Source: Octopus vulgaris
Taxonomy: Eukaryota
DNA: 64,000 nt
Assembly (NCBI GenBank): GCA_951406725.2
Contig: OX597815.1
Location: forward strand, 170,376,001 to 170,440,000
Direction of reading: 5' to 3'
Positions 1 to 13,685 of the stretch are shown one piece after another (the first letter of the stretch is position 1; each line of letters opens with the position of its first letter). A program made the position numbers and the translations under genes. Under the pieces are notes generated by a model, which searched no databases, was not told the DNA's origin, and was given only the letters and a program-made list of their open reading frames with translations.

Positions 1-306
1 TATTCAGTCATCTGAGTTCTCTTCTCGTGTAATAAGTTTTTTTTTAGGTAATGATTCATCTACTGCTAATATCGGAAAGCTTCCAGCTTCAACTTGGCAT
101 CTTGTGATTTAAATTATGATAACCTATGCTTATCTTCAGTGTTTGTCGTCTATTTCTAATGCTTAAGCTTTCTTCCAACGATTTGCCTTGCTTCTTTTGT
201 TTTCTTGTCCGACGTTTTTGTTATATTTTCAGTTTCATTGAAGACAATGAATAATTTTCGAAGATTTACGTATTTATAAACTATTCCTATAAATCTACTC
301 ATACTT

Positions 307-351
<45 letters not shown>

Positions 352-3300
352 TATAGCTTAACTGTCATACAGTTAGAATCTCATAGTAATTTTCTAATTA
401 TTGAGTCTTCTGTTTTTTCCGGTGATAAATATAACATAGCATTGTCTGCTTTTCAGATATTGACAATAATTTTCTCTTTTTCTGTCTAATCTTATAAGAT
501 CATTCAACTTCCAATTTATTACGATTACCTTAAAACAAAACTTTATTGTTGTTTTGGCTAGTGTATTAATGTTTATTTATTCTAATGTCTGATTTTACCT
601 TTCTGTATTCTATCTTGTTTATTACTAACTACTTATGAGTTTTTCTTTGTCGTAATTTCTTAATTTCAATCTTTCATCCGAACTTATGATCCTATAAACT
701 GTCCTCTTTTTGCGATTCTTTAATTTTATTTTCATACTAATAAAAAATTACATTAGTGATCGGAACTCTTTACGAAAAGCTGTTAGTATAAAAATTGAAA
801 TCATATGACTATATCAAGGCAGTTGTATTTATAACTAGTTAGGTTTAGTATATTAGCCAAAAGCTGTTGCGATAAGCACTCACTCACCAATTGTTAGATT
901 TTTTTTATAGTCGTTCTGTATCTTGTTATGATGCAGCGTATAACAATAGTTCTTTTTTTCTACCTCACTCTTAGAACTGTAGTTATCCATGAATGGAAGA
1001 CACTATAGAATAACTTTTGATATTCTTTTCAAGCGATGATTTTACTTTTTTCCTATTCTTTCTAACTTCAGTTATGGCTTTATTTATCAATTGCAGATCT
1101 TTACACTTATAAAAACTTTGCCAGCGTACTTTTTCTTTCTTCGATAAATTCTGTTGTCTCCCAGGTAAATATTTATCCAGTAAGAAAGTATTGACATGAA
1201 AGTCTTGTGTGAGGTCGATAAGCAACCTGTAATTATGAGATATCTTTTTCTTTTTGTTTTTCTTTGAATTTTCAGATTTAGTTATAAAAAGTTATTCTTT
1301 CTTTGGCAACCCGATGTTGTCGTTTGTTCAATAATCATGTAATTGGAAACGTTTACAAGTACTGAATATATTTAAACCAGAAGGACAATCGATTGGATCG
1401 TCTCTTGTCATCTTTAACTATAGCCTTTCTTGTACTTAGTCTATACTGTTCTAACCATGGACCATTTTTATATAGTTTAATCCGTATCGTTTCACAAAGC
1501 TCTTCTACATCATACTAAGTTGTTTCTATTATTTCTGTTTTATTTTAGATTACTTTCATGTTCTTTCTCACAGATTTTTTTACGTGTTTTCGAACGTAAA
1601 ATAATTTCTGTTTTATGTCAAGATCTCTTGCAGAAACTTCTCTGTTGTCCGCAAAATTTCGTTCGTTGTTGCATAATGTTTTCTAAATATATAGTATTTT
1701 ATTTTGGTCTTACTTTCTTGTAGTCTCTTTCAACATACTCAAAATCTGCAGTGTTTCATTTTTCTTTTTATCTTTTACTTTAATCTGCCTTCCCAATTAA
1801 GATACATGCTGAAAATCATTTTAAAGAATTATATCCCGACTTTCTACAAATAAATGTGATGGCAACGTAAAGGATCTCGTTCAGTTTCATTCGGTCATCT
1901 TATAATATTTAGGTTGAGAGACTGCTTTCTTGTACAAAGATGAAATTGTTATTAATTTCCTTTTCTTCTTGCTTTCAAAAAAATGGATGAACGACGCTTT
2001 TGTATGCGACCATTTAGATAACTAAAAAGTTCCCCACTGTCTCCAAATGGTTGCATTCGCCTACTACTGACACAAGACAGTAACAGATTCCAACAAATAT
2101 AGTTTTCTCTTTCTTAATTGGTGGCAAGTTTTCTTCCTCTCACCATGAGGATCTCAATTAACTTTGCGCACACATCAAACCCACCTCGCCGCAAACGAGA
2201 TAAGCCATTATGAATGTAAATTACGTAACCATATTTGTTGCCTGCATTACATCTAATTTCATTTAGCATATAGAAAAAAAGTTACCTTACAAATCCTTTC
2301 AGTTTTTAAGCCCTTCTCTCACAAATGGAGTGTTATAGTCTCCGATTACTATCAACGTGATGAACTCTGCTGACAATTCCCCTCAGTTCCCCACCGAAGA
2401 GTGTGAACCAGATCTGGATAGTTTTTTGTCTAAAATTCAACCCTTGTTTGCTGATATTTACCGAAACCCCTGCAAACACAGCAAAATATTCTACGTTAGT
2501 ACTAATCTCACAAGTGATGAAGACAGTTGTGAAAGACTCATTTTCACCTGCGTTCTTTTCTGAAAGAGCACTGGTATAACATTCGCATTAATGGGTATAT
2601 TTACCTATATTGCACACACTTTTGAAAAATATCAGCGAAAGCAATGTTGATGTAAACAGGAAAATGAAACAGAAAATATTTTTGCACGAATATTCTCAAA
2701 TCGTTTCTCTTTGATGAAAGTTATTTTCTGTTTCATCTGAACTTATTCGTATTTTTACATTGCTTATATTTTCACCTTCGTTATTTTTAAGATGATATTT
2801 CTAAAAACTATTCATTTCAGAATCATGAAATGTAATTATTTTACACACCTCCAATACTGTCAATTTCACTATTTCTAATTTTACCTAGATATTCTATACA
2901 TTTGTTGACACCAGAATGTTGCATAGTGACACGGCAGATTGCAATGTGGGGTCAATAGCTAATAACAAACGAATGACTTTTCTGGTTCCCTTCAGAATTT
3001 TCTTTTAAGAATTCTTCTTACCGATGATAGGAGGCCGTTCTGTACTAAATTCTTTCTTTAAGTATCTGATAAAATTTTTTGTATAATTGACATCCATCAA
3101 CGTGAGTGAATTTTCCTGTTGGCAAAAACTTACGAATCTCGACAACCATTTATCTAATATTTTTCTGATAAAACCAAAAATATCGAGATTACATGCATTC
3201 ACTATTATGCATTTATAATCCAATCCCGATATACCATATCCTAAATTTTAGAATAATCATGCATTTTACAACGCTGTTACAATAGTAGTCTCTTCACCTA

Positions 3301-5650
3301 ATTTATAATGGAAATTGGTATTTTATATAACTGCTTGACACTTACATGTGTGGCTCCATCTTAGATGTCATTCTTTTCAGCATAGCACGTGTTATATCTA
3401 GCTTTAATTTTCCTAGAAAATCTTGAATTATATTATTTCTACAAGATGATTACTCTGTTGTTTGTTTCGCTGTTAACATCGTCCGATTTACGAAGCAAGA
3501 GACTCCAATCCATTGTATCAACTTCAATATCGTATATAAATTCAGAATTATTGTCTGCATTGCTTGTATTATGTGAGTCATTGACCCCTAAATATAGCTT
3601 AATTACTTCTACCGATAAATTTAAATACCACCAATATAGAATGCAGATCAGTTTTTCCTTTTTTATCTTTAGAAGCTCTTGAATTTTTCCACTGTAATAA
3701 ATAATGCCTTCGACGTTTTTCTTTTTCTCGCAGCTTCTCAGCATTGGAAGAATGTTTTCTCTTCGCATATGGAAAACAGAACCCTATAAACTTCTATACG
3801 ATTGATCTTAAATGATATGCCTTCACGATATATATAATGGCAAGAAACTCGTTTCTGGTTTTAACAATTCCTTCATACAATACTTCACGTTAATTAATCT
3901 AATTTCTTATTCGTAATCAGTAAACATTTGCTATTTATAGTTTGAAGCTATCCATACAGTTTGTTTTCTAATCTTACGTTAATAATATTTCATTTTTGTA
4001 TAAGGCAGAGAGCTAGCAGAATGGAAAACTGTCTTCTTTTACGTTCTGACTCCTTGTGCTCTGAGTTCAAATCCCGTCGATGTTAGCTTCGCGTTTCATA
4101 CTTCGGGGATTATAGAATAGATTACCTATCAAAAACTGGTATCGATGATATCCACTTGCTTACTCCTCTTACAGTTGTTGGTTTCACGCCCGTATCAGGA
4201 AATATATTACAATTTCTGTTCTATAAAACGCTTATTCTATTTCCTAATTTCTGTCAATCTGTGTTCATTTCCCGAGCTTTCACACTGCCATTCCTACAGT
4301 TTAACTTCTAATGATTGTCGCTGCAACGACCAGAAGATGTTCAGAATGTTCTCCCTTGCTAACCTAGCGAGTGAATTTTAAGCCGATTCTTAATATTTTT
4401 TCCTAATTTCAGCACTGCATTCCACCGTGGTTATTTCTGTTGAGGAAAAAAATCATGACTAATGAAACATTCCGTTTTGTTACATTAAAATACAATGCAC
4501 GACTCTTTATAATTATATTATCATTTCATTTCATTTCTTGGTGCTACTCAATCTTAACTTTACGAACATTTCTGGGTAGTGTGGCTGTTACAACACTACT
4601 GGCAGCAAATTATAAAAATTGCACGTCCACTGTCGAAAGCAATTATGTCATAAACTTACTAGATGTTCCTCTTGCTATTCTTCGAATTTAACATCACAGT
4701 AATTATTTCTAAAAACTGAAAATACTGTAGATAATTTTATCCGCCTTTTAATTAAGACCATTTAAATTCCAAATTAACTTATTTTATTCACGCAGTTGCA
4801 TGGTTATACTGGTGAGTATGAAAGTATTTGTCTATATTTGATTCAGGAAATTTCTCTTACACTAAGCTTCATTTCTAGCCGTATAACTCCGTACAGATTT
4901 TACCTATAACCATATCCTATATCTTCCTATTTAATTCTACTACTACTACTACTTGTTTTCTGATCAGTAGTAAATAGGTTTTCAGCTCTTATCTATTTTT
5001 TTAATTATTTCACAGTAGACGTCATTCTTAATAAAATACTTTATCAACCCTTCTGCGTTTCTTTCGTAAAATTTCTCTCAGAATAAGCCTACTCCTTTTG
5101 TGTGTGCTAGGTGACTATTGCTGTTTGCGTAAAAGTTTTTGGTAGGTGTATTCTAAATCCAATGATCAGTTCCGTTATTTTCTTGCCGACGTTTATTAAA
5201 TTTTCTATTAAGTTAGAATTTGTAAATTCTCAATTGTTAATTAGTTTATTTTAATTCCATTTCTTTTTGTGTCCCACTGACTTCTTTTTACTAATTTGAT
5301 TTGCCTGTAAAATGAATTTCCCATTATTTGAAACCAAATTTGCTTAGTTATTTCTAAGTAGCTATATGCAACTTTCTGTTCCATCCTTTTGAATAGTTGA
5401 TTCTTTGTCAATCTTGAGGTTACTGAGTTGTGTTTTTTTCTGTCAGAGACATTTGTCATATTTCAAGACTTACATTCATGCAAAAATATTTACTTCCTAC
5501 TAATGAATTTTTAGCTCATTCCCATTAATTATATATACATTTAAATTATTTAAAAATAAGAGATTTCTAATCACGCTTCTATTGGAGTAACCTTGTACCA
5601 AGTTTGGTCTTTTAGATCAGCAAAGATTATCGTTGTCAGTTGCTCTCATT
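1..5650 (-). pseudogene. Putative endogenous viral element: decayed L protein (RdRp) gene of a negative-sense RNA virus, running off the window start
   Basis: About 5.6 kb of non-repetitive, A-rich minus-strand sequence with coding-like fragments broken by stops and frameshifts. Collinear remnants: SVGH (~5270, GHP-like), FNVTKRN (4469-4489, motif A DxxKWN-like), NVEGIIYYSG (~3690-3717), LLRKSDDVN (SDD at 3478-3486), GKLKLDITRAMLKR/DGATHVSVKQL (3328-3415), LLAIDPTL (2942-2965), IYPLMRMLYQCS (~2560-2600), DSGELFSY (~2018-2041), NDFQHV (1803-1820). Motif spacings are only partly canonical. Confidence 0.5.
4002..4210 (+). mobile_element. Degenerate tRNA-derived SINE (family A) inserted into the putative EVE
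   Basis: Head aggcagagagctagcagaa, B-box-like ctgagttcaaatccc and core gtcgatgttagcttcgcgtttcatacttcgggg match the family-A copies at 21414 and 38505. Confidence 0.8.
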
Positions 5651-6466
5651 TGTTTTTGTTTTTTTTTGGAATATAACATACCTGTTTTCACAGTGATGCA
5701 ACGACATAATTGAAGCTAGTTTTAAAGTAAGTATTTAATTTATTTGCAACTGAAATACATATCTTCTTTAATACTATACTTAAGTGTGAGTTGTTAAAGG
5801 CAGCTCTCGTACAACTATAAAATAAAGAACAAAATTTTTTTCATGAAATATGAACTACAATTTTAGATAGCTAAATTAATAAATGATGCTATTTAATCCT
5901 TCCTAAGATTTTAGAGGTGAGAAAATGGGAAGTAGAGATAAATCAAAGTAAATTCTGTGAAAGCTTGTCCACCGTTCTAGAGTGTTTGGCACATGATTAA
6001 TTTTCTACATAAACACGAAATACTAAATAAATAGAAGGGAGATCAGCTTATGTGATATACATGTTTAATTTACTACAATATTAATGATATAAAATGAACA
6101 TGAACATCATGAATGATAACGTGACATAACATGCTTATATTAAAAGAACATTAATAATAAAAATTGAACATGGAATTATAGCATAATGATGGTTACCGGT
6201 AGATTCCTAAGTATATATATATAAGATTCTAAAAAAAAAAAAAAATACATTCTGTCAAAAGAAGTAAAACACTCACACATAAACAACCCAAAATTAGATT
6301 ATGCGACTTTAAATAAATTATATATATGAATTTAAAGTGTATTCCGTTAGGAAATTATTAGAGTACAAAATAGAGCTTGCTCACCCTTAGAATTGCCTAA
6401 TAGCCGGAAGTATTCGAAGTCTAGGCATAAGCATTCATCGAGTGGGAAAAATAAAATTGAATAAAT

Positions 6467-6821
6467 AGAGTCAGCAGGAATGAGTACGTTTAGACAGCTA
6501 TTTAAAAAAAACACTACATATGTTTCGATACAACATAGAGCTACATATACACAGGACTTAAATTAAGCAACGGTTTACCTGTATAATGGGATCCAGTTGT
6601 ATCCCCTCAGGTGATATATAATTGCTGTCCCCGTCTTTGACTTTGATGCTAACACAAAGATTTGCTTACGAGGACAGCAGTTACATATCACCTGAGGAAA
6701 TACCATTATACAATTGAACCGTTCCTTAATTTAAATCTTGTGCATATGTGAATCTATGTTGTATCGAAACGTGTAGTGTTTATCAAATAGCTGTGTGAAC
6801 GTACTCCTTCCTGTTGACCCT
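6467..6821. repeat. Inverted repeat of Penelope-like terminal (pseudo-LTR) sequence, with a hammerhead motif in each arm
   Basis: Arms 6467-6634 and 6668-6821 are imperfect reverse complements. The left arm on the minus strand reads CAC-CTGAGGG-GATACAAC...GTTGTATC-GAAAC-ATAT-GTA-GTG. The right arm has CTGAGGA (6692-6698) ... GAAAC (6766-6770) GTGTAGTG. Confidence 0.8.
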
Positions 6822-6856
6822 GTGTTTGTGTGTATGTATATATATATATATATATA

Positions 6857-7825
6857 CTAGCATTATGACACGGCAACGCCGGGTCATAATGCTAGTTTGG
6901 TATAAATTTGGTAAATTAAAAATTTAGGGTAATAAAACATACAATGACATATTAAAAAAAGAATTAAAATTCCAGAGAAAAATACATAGAAGAAAATTTA
7001 CAAAGATACCTAAAAGTTCATCGACGGGCCGTTTCGGAGATGCACCAATTAATATGAAACATATCATATATTTAAAATTGACACTCCCCTAGTCAGGATG
7101 TTTTTTACACACAACACATAGTACACGGAAACAAATGCACAATTACATACCTGCTACATGCGAAAGACCAGACATTACGTACTCCCCAAAATTCTCATAG
7201 ATACTGAATGGTGCTTTATAAGCATATAATTCAATCTAGCAGCTATAGTAAATGTTATGGGAACAGCTCCATCTGGACTAATTCACTTCTGCACTCAATT
7301 AAATTTTTCATGTTTTAATTTCTCCCATTCATGCAAAGCACATATTCGAGTTCAAGTCCTTGATACATTTTATACTAATTGCTACTTTTTTATTTTAATT
7401 GTTATATTACGATTTAATTACCATTTTAATAAAATAAAATATATTTAATTACTACTTACTATATTTACTATATTTAATTCAATTGTTATTGTTACGTCTA
7501 ACTTTTATTGCAATTTTCATTTCTAAATTTCTTATGGAACGTCGAGCGGATCTTATGCGTACAATATATTTTTATATGATGTTTATATATATATTACTAT
7601 ATATTTCTAAACGTCGGGCTTTATGTCTGTTCTGTAGATATAAATGAATATATGAATGTGTTTGATCTTTCTGTGGATTTTGTTGTGCTCTTGTAGTTGC
7701 TGCTCGCATTGCCTCCCATCGGATTAAAAAGTGTATACAGCTCATTTGAGCACTACTATTCCAGTCTTTTATATATTTTGAGCGTTGTTGTCACTAACGA
7801 TCTCAAGATATAACTTTATATTTTG

Positions 7826-7863
<38 letters not shown>

Positions 7864-8069
7864 CCATATACATACAATAGAGAGATGTTTTTGTTTCACT
7901 TTTAACACGTAATACTGAAATAGTAAAGAAGATATGATATTGCTGTGGGCTCGCTCTAGGCAATAAGTCAAACATTTTTCTTGCCCATGACACTACTAAG
8001 GCATGTGTAAAATTTGAATGAAATTGGTTGTGTAGTTCTCAGACACACATTCTCAGTTTTATATAGAGA
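6857..8069 (-). mobile_element. Non-autonomous Helitron-like element
   Basis: Minus-strand 5' end A|TCTCTATATAAAACTGAGAATGTGTGTCTG at 8069. The 3' end has a GC hairpin (ccggcgttgccg) followed by CTAG|T at 6857. Joining the two ends into one element is inference. Confidence 0.6.
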
Positions 8070-8078
8070 TATATATAT

Positions 8079-8109
<31 letters not shown>

Positions 8110-8691
8110 AATAGATAGATAGATAGAGAGAGAGAGAGATAAACAGGTAAATAGAGGTAAATAGATAGACAGACAGACAGATAGATAGATGATGTGTGTG
8201 TTATGTGTGCGTATTTGTAATACTGTAGAAAATATACATATATATACATACATATATATATATATATATGTATGTATATGTATGTATGTATATGTATGTA
8301 TGTATATGTATGTATGTATATATATGTATGTATGTATATATATGTATGTATGTATATATATATATGTATGTATGCATATATATGTATGTATGCATATATA
8401 TATGTATGTATGTATGTATATATATGTATGTATGTATATGTATGTATATATATATATGTATGTATATATATATATATGTATATATATTTTTGTATGTATA
8501 TATATATATGTATGTATATATATATATATGTATGTATATATATATATATGTATGTATATATATATATATGTATGTATGTATATATATATATATGTATGCA
8601 TGTATATATATATATGTATGTATGCATATATATATATGTATGTATGTATATATATGTATGTATGCATATATATATATGTATGTATGCATAT

Positions 8692-8725
<34 letters not shown>

Positions 8726-8887
8726 GCATATATATATATGTATGTATGCATATATATATGTATGTATGTATGTATATATATGTATGTATGTATGTATGTA
8801 TATATGTATGTATATATATGTATGTATGTATATATATGTATGTATGTATATATATGTATGTATGTATGTATATATATATATGTATAA

Positions 8888-8932
<45 letters not shown>

Positions 8933-8997
8933 TGTATGTGTGTGTGTGTGTGTTTGTGTGTGTGTGTTTGTGTGTGTGTGTTTGCGCGCGTGTGTGA
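8070..8997. repeat. Compound microsatellite (GA)n/(GATA)n/(TATG)n/(TA)n/(TG)n
   Basis: Directly visible; produces the spurious YIHT/MYVC ORFs. Confidence 0.97.
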
Positions 8998-9299
8998 TGG
9001 GTGAAATATCCCAAGTTTCAGTTATAAATGAATGAAATATATCGAGTGTATGCAAGCCGTCGCAAGCTGACTGAATCCCAGTCAGATTTCAATATCAGAG
9101 GCCTCAAAATCAAGGTGAAGGAAATAAAGTGAGGTGTTGCTTCTATAATAAAGGATCACTTCTATCGCTTTTGGCAGTTTCTGCATAATTACAAATTAAT
9201 TTTCAGATAGCATAAATAAAAATATTAGGGATTTTTCTCTCCCAATTTCAATGCGTTCCTCAATATTTCCTCAAAATATAGAAAAGTACATTTATTATT

Positions 9300-11100
9300 T
9301 CGCAGATGCGTTACGAATTTTTCACAATGCAAGATCATTGGTTAATAATATAAAGTCTTGTTTACATGAGAACTATCAACATGGCAGGTCCAATCATGTT
9401 CATGCCCTGAAGTTGAACTATTCTTTATCTGCTTCAACGTTGAAATACGTTTACTCTAAGCAACGTGTGAAGGTAAACTTTGAAAAGTTCTTAATACAGT
9501 CATATTTGGAAATATTCCTGCTAATCCTAAACTTAGAATCTCCCACGGGAATTTCTTTGACTTGCAATTCAATTGAAAGTTTACTAGATACATTCATTTA
9601 AGAAATAAATCTTCATGCCTAAGATCATTTAATATAGAATGTGATACTGTTCCTTAAATTGTTCAGATGCTGGAAGCAGATTTTCATCACTTAAGACTAT
9701 TAATCTACCACAGAAATATAAAATGTAAACAAATCAAATGAAATGGCTTAACCATTGTTCAAGATCAGAATGAATATAATTGACGGAAACAAAGAAGACC
9801 ATTCTTTGCTTTGTGATAGTGCTCGGTGTCAGACTGAGATAGTAATGCACGAACAAGAGCGAATTCAGATGGAGTTGCATTGTTGTCTGCTTATAGTTTA
9901 GATGCAGTCTAAATTGAAGTCCATTCTTCATGAATTTGTGGAATATCATTTATGAGACTATCGATGTTATCCTCAAAATCGTATGTATAATCACGTGCTT
10001 CAATTACCAGATTTTATTGGTGGATTGCTGTCAGTAACCATGTGACGGCAATAAATGCATTGAAATGTAGATCCGATCTTAATAATAACTTTTAATTCAG
10101 TTTCAGCTTTCGCTGTAAAACTTGTTTTCAAATTAAGTAAAAGCTTCTCTCTCGGAGTGTATATGTTGTGCAATACGTTTAACACTCTGATTCGTGCTGA
10201 CATTTTCATTGTGGACATGACACACAAATGAACAGGCAAATGTAGTTCTACAATTTCTCGCCGATATTTACTGCTGCTCATCATATTGTACATTTGTTGA
10301 ATAATTCCAAAGTAAATAATTGCTTCCTGTATCATCTGGTGCATTATCTCCGGTATAATTTGATACGAAGGGAACTCATGTTATAATTTCCACAACTAGA
10401 ATAAAGGCTATTTGAATCATGTTACCGGAGAAATGCTACGTCTCAGTTATACAATCAACATATATTTGATCCATTATCACAAAGTTGAAATCTTGAAAAT
10501 CCAACTTCAAACTTTTTAAATAAATATTCTAATGAAATTTTTTTCCCATCTTCTTTCGTCTCGGGTTGGAACCCGGCAATGAAAAACCGAAATCTTCATG
10601 AAATTACCAAATAAAAGAAAGATTTCTTAAATTTAAGATATTGATCTATACTTTTTACATGCACAATAATTATCGTGATTTGTTACTTGTGTGAGTAATA
10701 CATAGTAGCATGGATGAAGAGTGAATAATACTTGGAATACTTGGCATTACGAATCTCATTAAGGATTTTCGCGTAACACAAATCCTCCACAGGATTTGCA
10801 TCCATTTAATGTGTATGCAGAAGGATAATGGATTAAGTGTTCTTGTTGCTTACTTGTCATTATTGCACACGCTTGACATATTCTGATAAAAGTTGGGTAT
10901 ATTATCCAAAATTCAACAATGCAGGTAGATTTCTACGTTGACTTGAATTAGAAAAAGCCTAGTCCGCGGTCAAACACATATTAAGATAAACTAAGACAAA
11001 ATATAGGCACCTCTCAAGAAATGTTCCTCCTTATTTACTTTTCATTCATTTCAGTGAACAATGAACTATCAATAACCATTACGTTGGTGCTGCCTTAGAG
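9300..11100 (-). mobile_element. Decayed hAT-superfamily transposase (ZMYM1-like/hATm type)
   Basis: Minus-strand fragments: EIRNAKYSKYYSLFIHATMYYSHK*QITII (first catalytic-D region), RFQLCDNGSNIC (second-D region), YFGIIQQMYNMMSSSKYRREIVELHLPVHLCVMSTMKMSARI (ORF 10000-10344, TRW region), and GIFPNMTVLRTFQSLPSHVA*SKRISTLKQIKNSSTSGHE (C-terminal dimerisation, ERSFS-like). Confidence 0.88.
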
Positions 11101-11979
11101 GCAGATTTTAATTTAATACAGGTTTTTGGGCAGTAATAAAACCTTTTGTGATGGTATTTATTCTTTCAATTTATAAAGGCAAAATATTTTTCTAATTTGA
11201 ATATTCTATCGGAAAAAAGGGGCGATTATTTTGTGCTTAGATTTGTTCTGTAGAAGGGACAGTTAAATTTTAAATTTCACCGGTTAAATTCAAAATCGCT
11301 GAGAAGTTACTGTGTACTGATTGCACCAAAAGACACATGTCACAAACGTTAAATAACAAACATATCTCTTACAGATATCTAGTTTATCAGTTGAATATAA
11401 TAGTGGGGTCCCTTCGAAATTCATTCACAAACCAAAATGGCTCTTTGTGGCCACACGTCGTTGATGAACCATGGTTGAATTGCTTTCTAAGGAGCAAATA
11501 CATCAAACAAGTCCAAGTCATTTATGAAAACCAAGTTGCGCTGTGGTTTTATCATTATATGATTATACGGTTCATTTCGTTTTCAGGAAACGCAAATTAC
11601 CTATATATTTTTTTATGGAAAGAAAAAGCGAGAAGATTGTAACGTTTATTCCTTCTCGAAATATATTAAACAAGGAAAAGAAAGTAAAATTGATTTCTCC
11701 AGGAATTGAAATCGTGAAACAGATTATCGGTAAAACGCATAAACGTTCAGGTATGACGAACGGATAATAGTGGGTGGCAAAACAAAGAGGAAGCCAAACA
11801 AATATTAGAACTGTGGGTAGTGAGATAGGAAGAACAGTAGTGATTAGTTCGCAGAAATATATTGTTTCTACACACAAGGAAGGCTTCTTCAGAAGGTTAA
11901 TTAAACTTAGTTGGCGTAAAACTAAATATACACGAATACTTGTCATTAGATTATCAATGTTATCAATGTGTGTTCGCAT

Positions 11980-13142
<1,163 letters not shown>

Positions 13143-13244
13143 AAATATGAGGAAGTAGGTGTGAGAGGAAGAGAGGAGAGAGGAGGGTATTTGAGCCCAT
13201 ATGACGCATAGTAGCGAAGAGAGAGTACAGATGCACGGCCCGCG

Positions 13245-13635
13245 GAATTGCTCTGGCAAGGGCGGTGTGGACAGTGGTGAGGCGATTTCCACAAACGATG
13301 AAGTGGCGAGCCATGAGTTGAGACTGAGTCTCAAATTCATGGTTGTTACTGCAGAGCCTGGGCAGACGGAGGAATTGGGAGTCGGGGATGGAGTGCTTGG
13401 TGTGTTTAGGGTGGGAAGAGAAGTTGAGGTACGAGTGTGAGTTGGTGTGTTTGTAGTGGATGGAGACGGTAATAGTGGAGTGATGAATGCTGACCAAAAT
13501 GTCGAGAAAGGCCATGGAAGTGTTGGAAATAGCGCTGGAGAGTTCAAGAGCAGGCTGGAAAGATTTGACAAAAGAGAGGAAGGAGTCTAGTTGTTCGCGA
13601 GAGAGCGAAGTTACACCGATATAGTCATCAATATA
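13245..13635 (-). mobile_element. Penelope-like element reverse transcriptase fragment
   Basis: YIDDYIGVTSLSREQLDSFLSFVKSFQPALEL...MAFLDILVSIHHSTITVSIHYKHTNSHSYLNFSSHPKHTKHSIPDSQFLRLPRLCS: YxDD motif plus the PLE FLD...YKPT..YL...SSHP..K.SIP.SQFLRL thumb signature. Confidence 0.9.
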
Positions 13636-13685
13636 CAGTGACTTGCAAAAGTCTACATCCCTTTTGAAAATGTATATATTTTGTA
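13636..13685 (+). mobile_element. Single Tc1-like terminal inverted repeat
   Basis: TA|CAGTGACTTGCAAAAGTCTACATCCCTTTTG resembles Tc1 termini. I saw no partner end in the window. Confidence 0.4.

Noticed and set aside
2325-2360. IVIGDYNTPF resembling the GDFN motif of a LINE APE endonuclease
   Set aside because: Isolated in a stop-rich frame with no other APE or RT motifs nearby. The surrounding sequence fits the viral L interpretation better, though this remains an alternative to test.
7968-9055. Long ORFs of 219-348 aa (YIHT/MYVC repeats); likewise 11572-13096, 27574-28071, 31401-31903 and 44560-45246
   Set aside because: Translations of (TA)n/(TATG)n/(CA)n microsatellites that lack stop codons; not genes.
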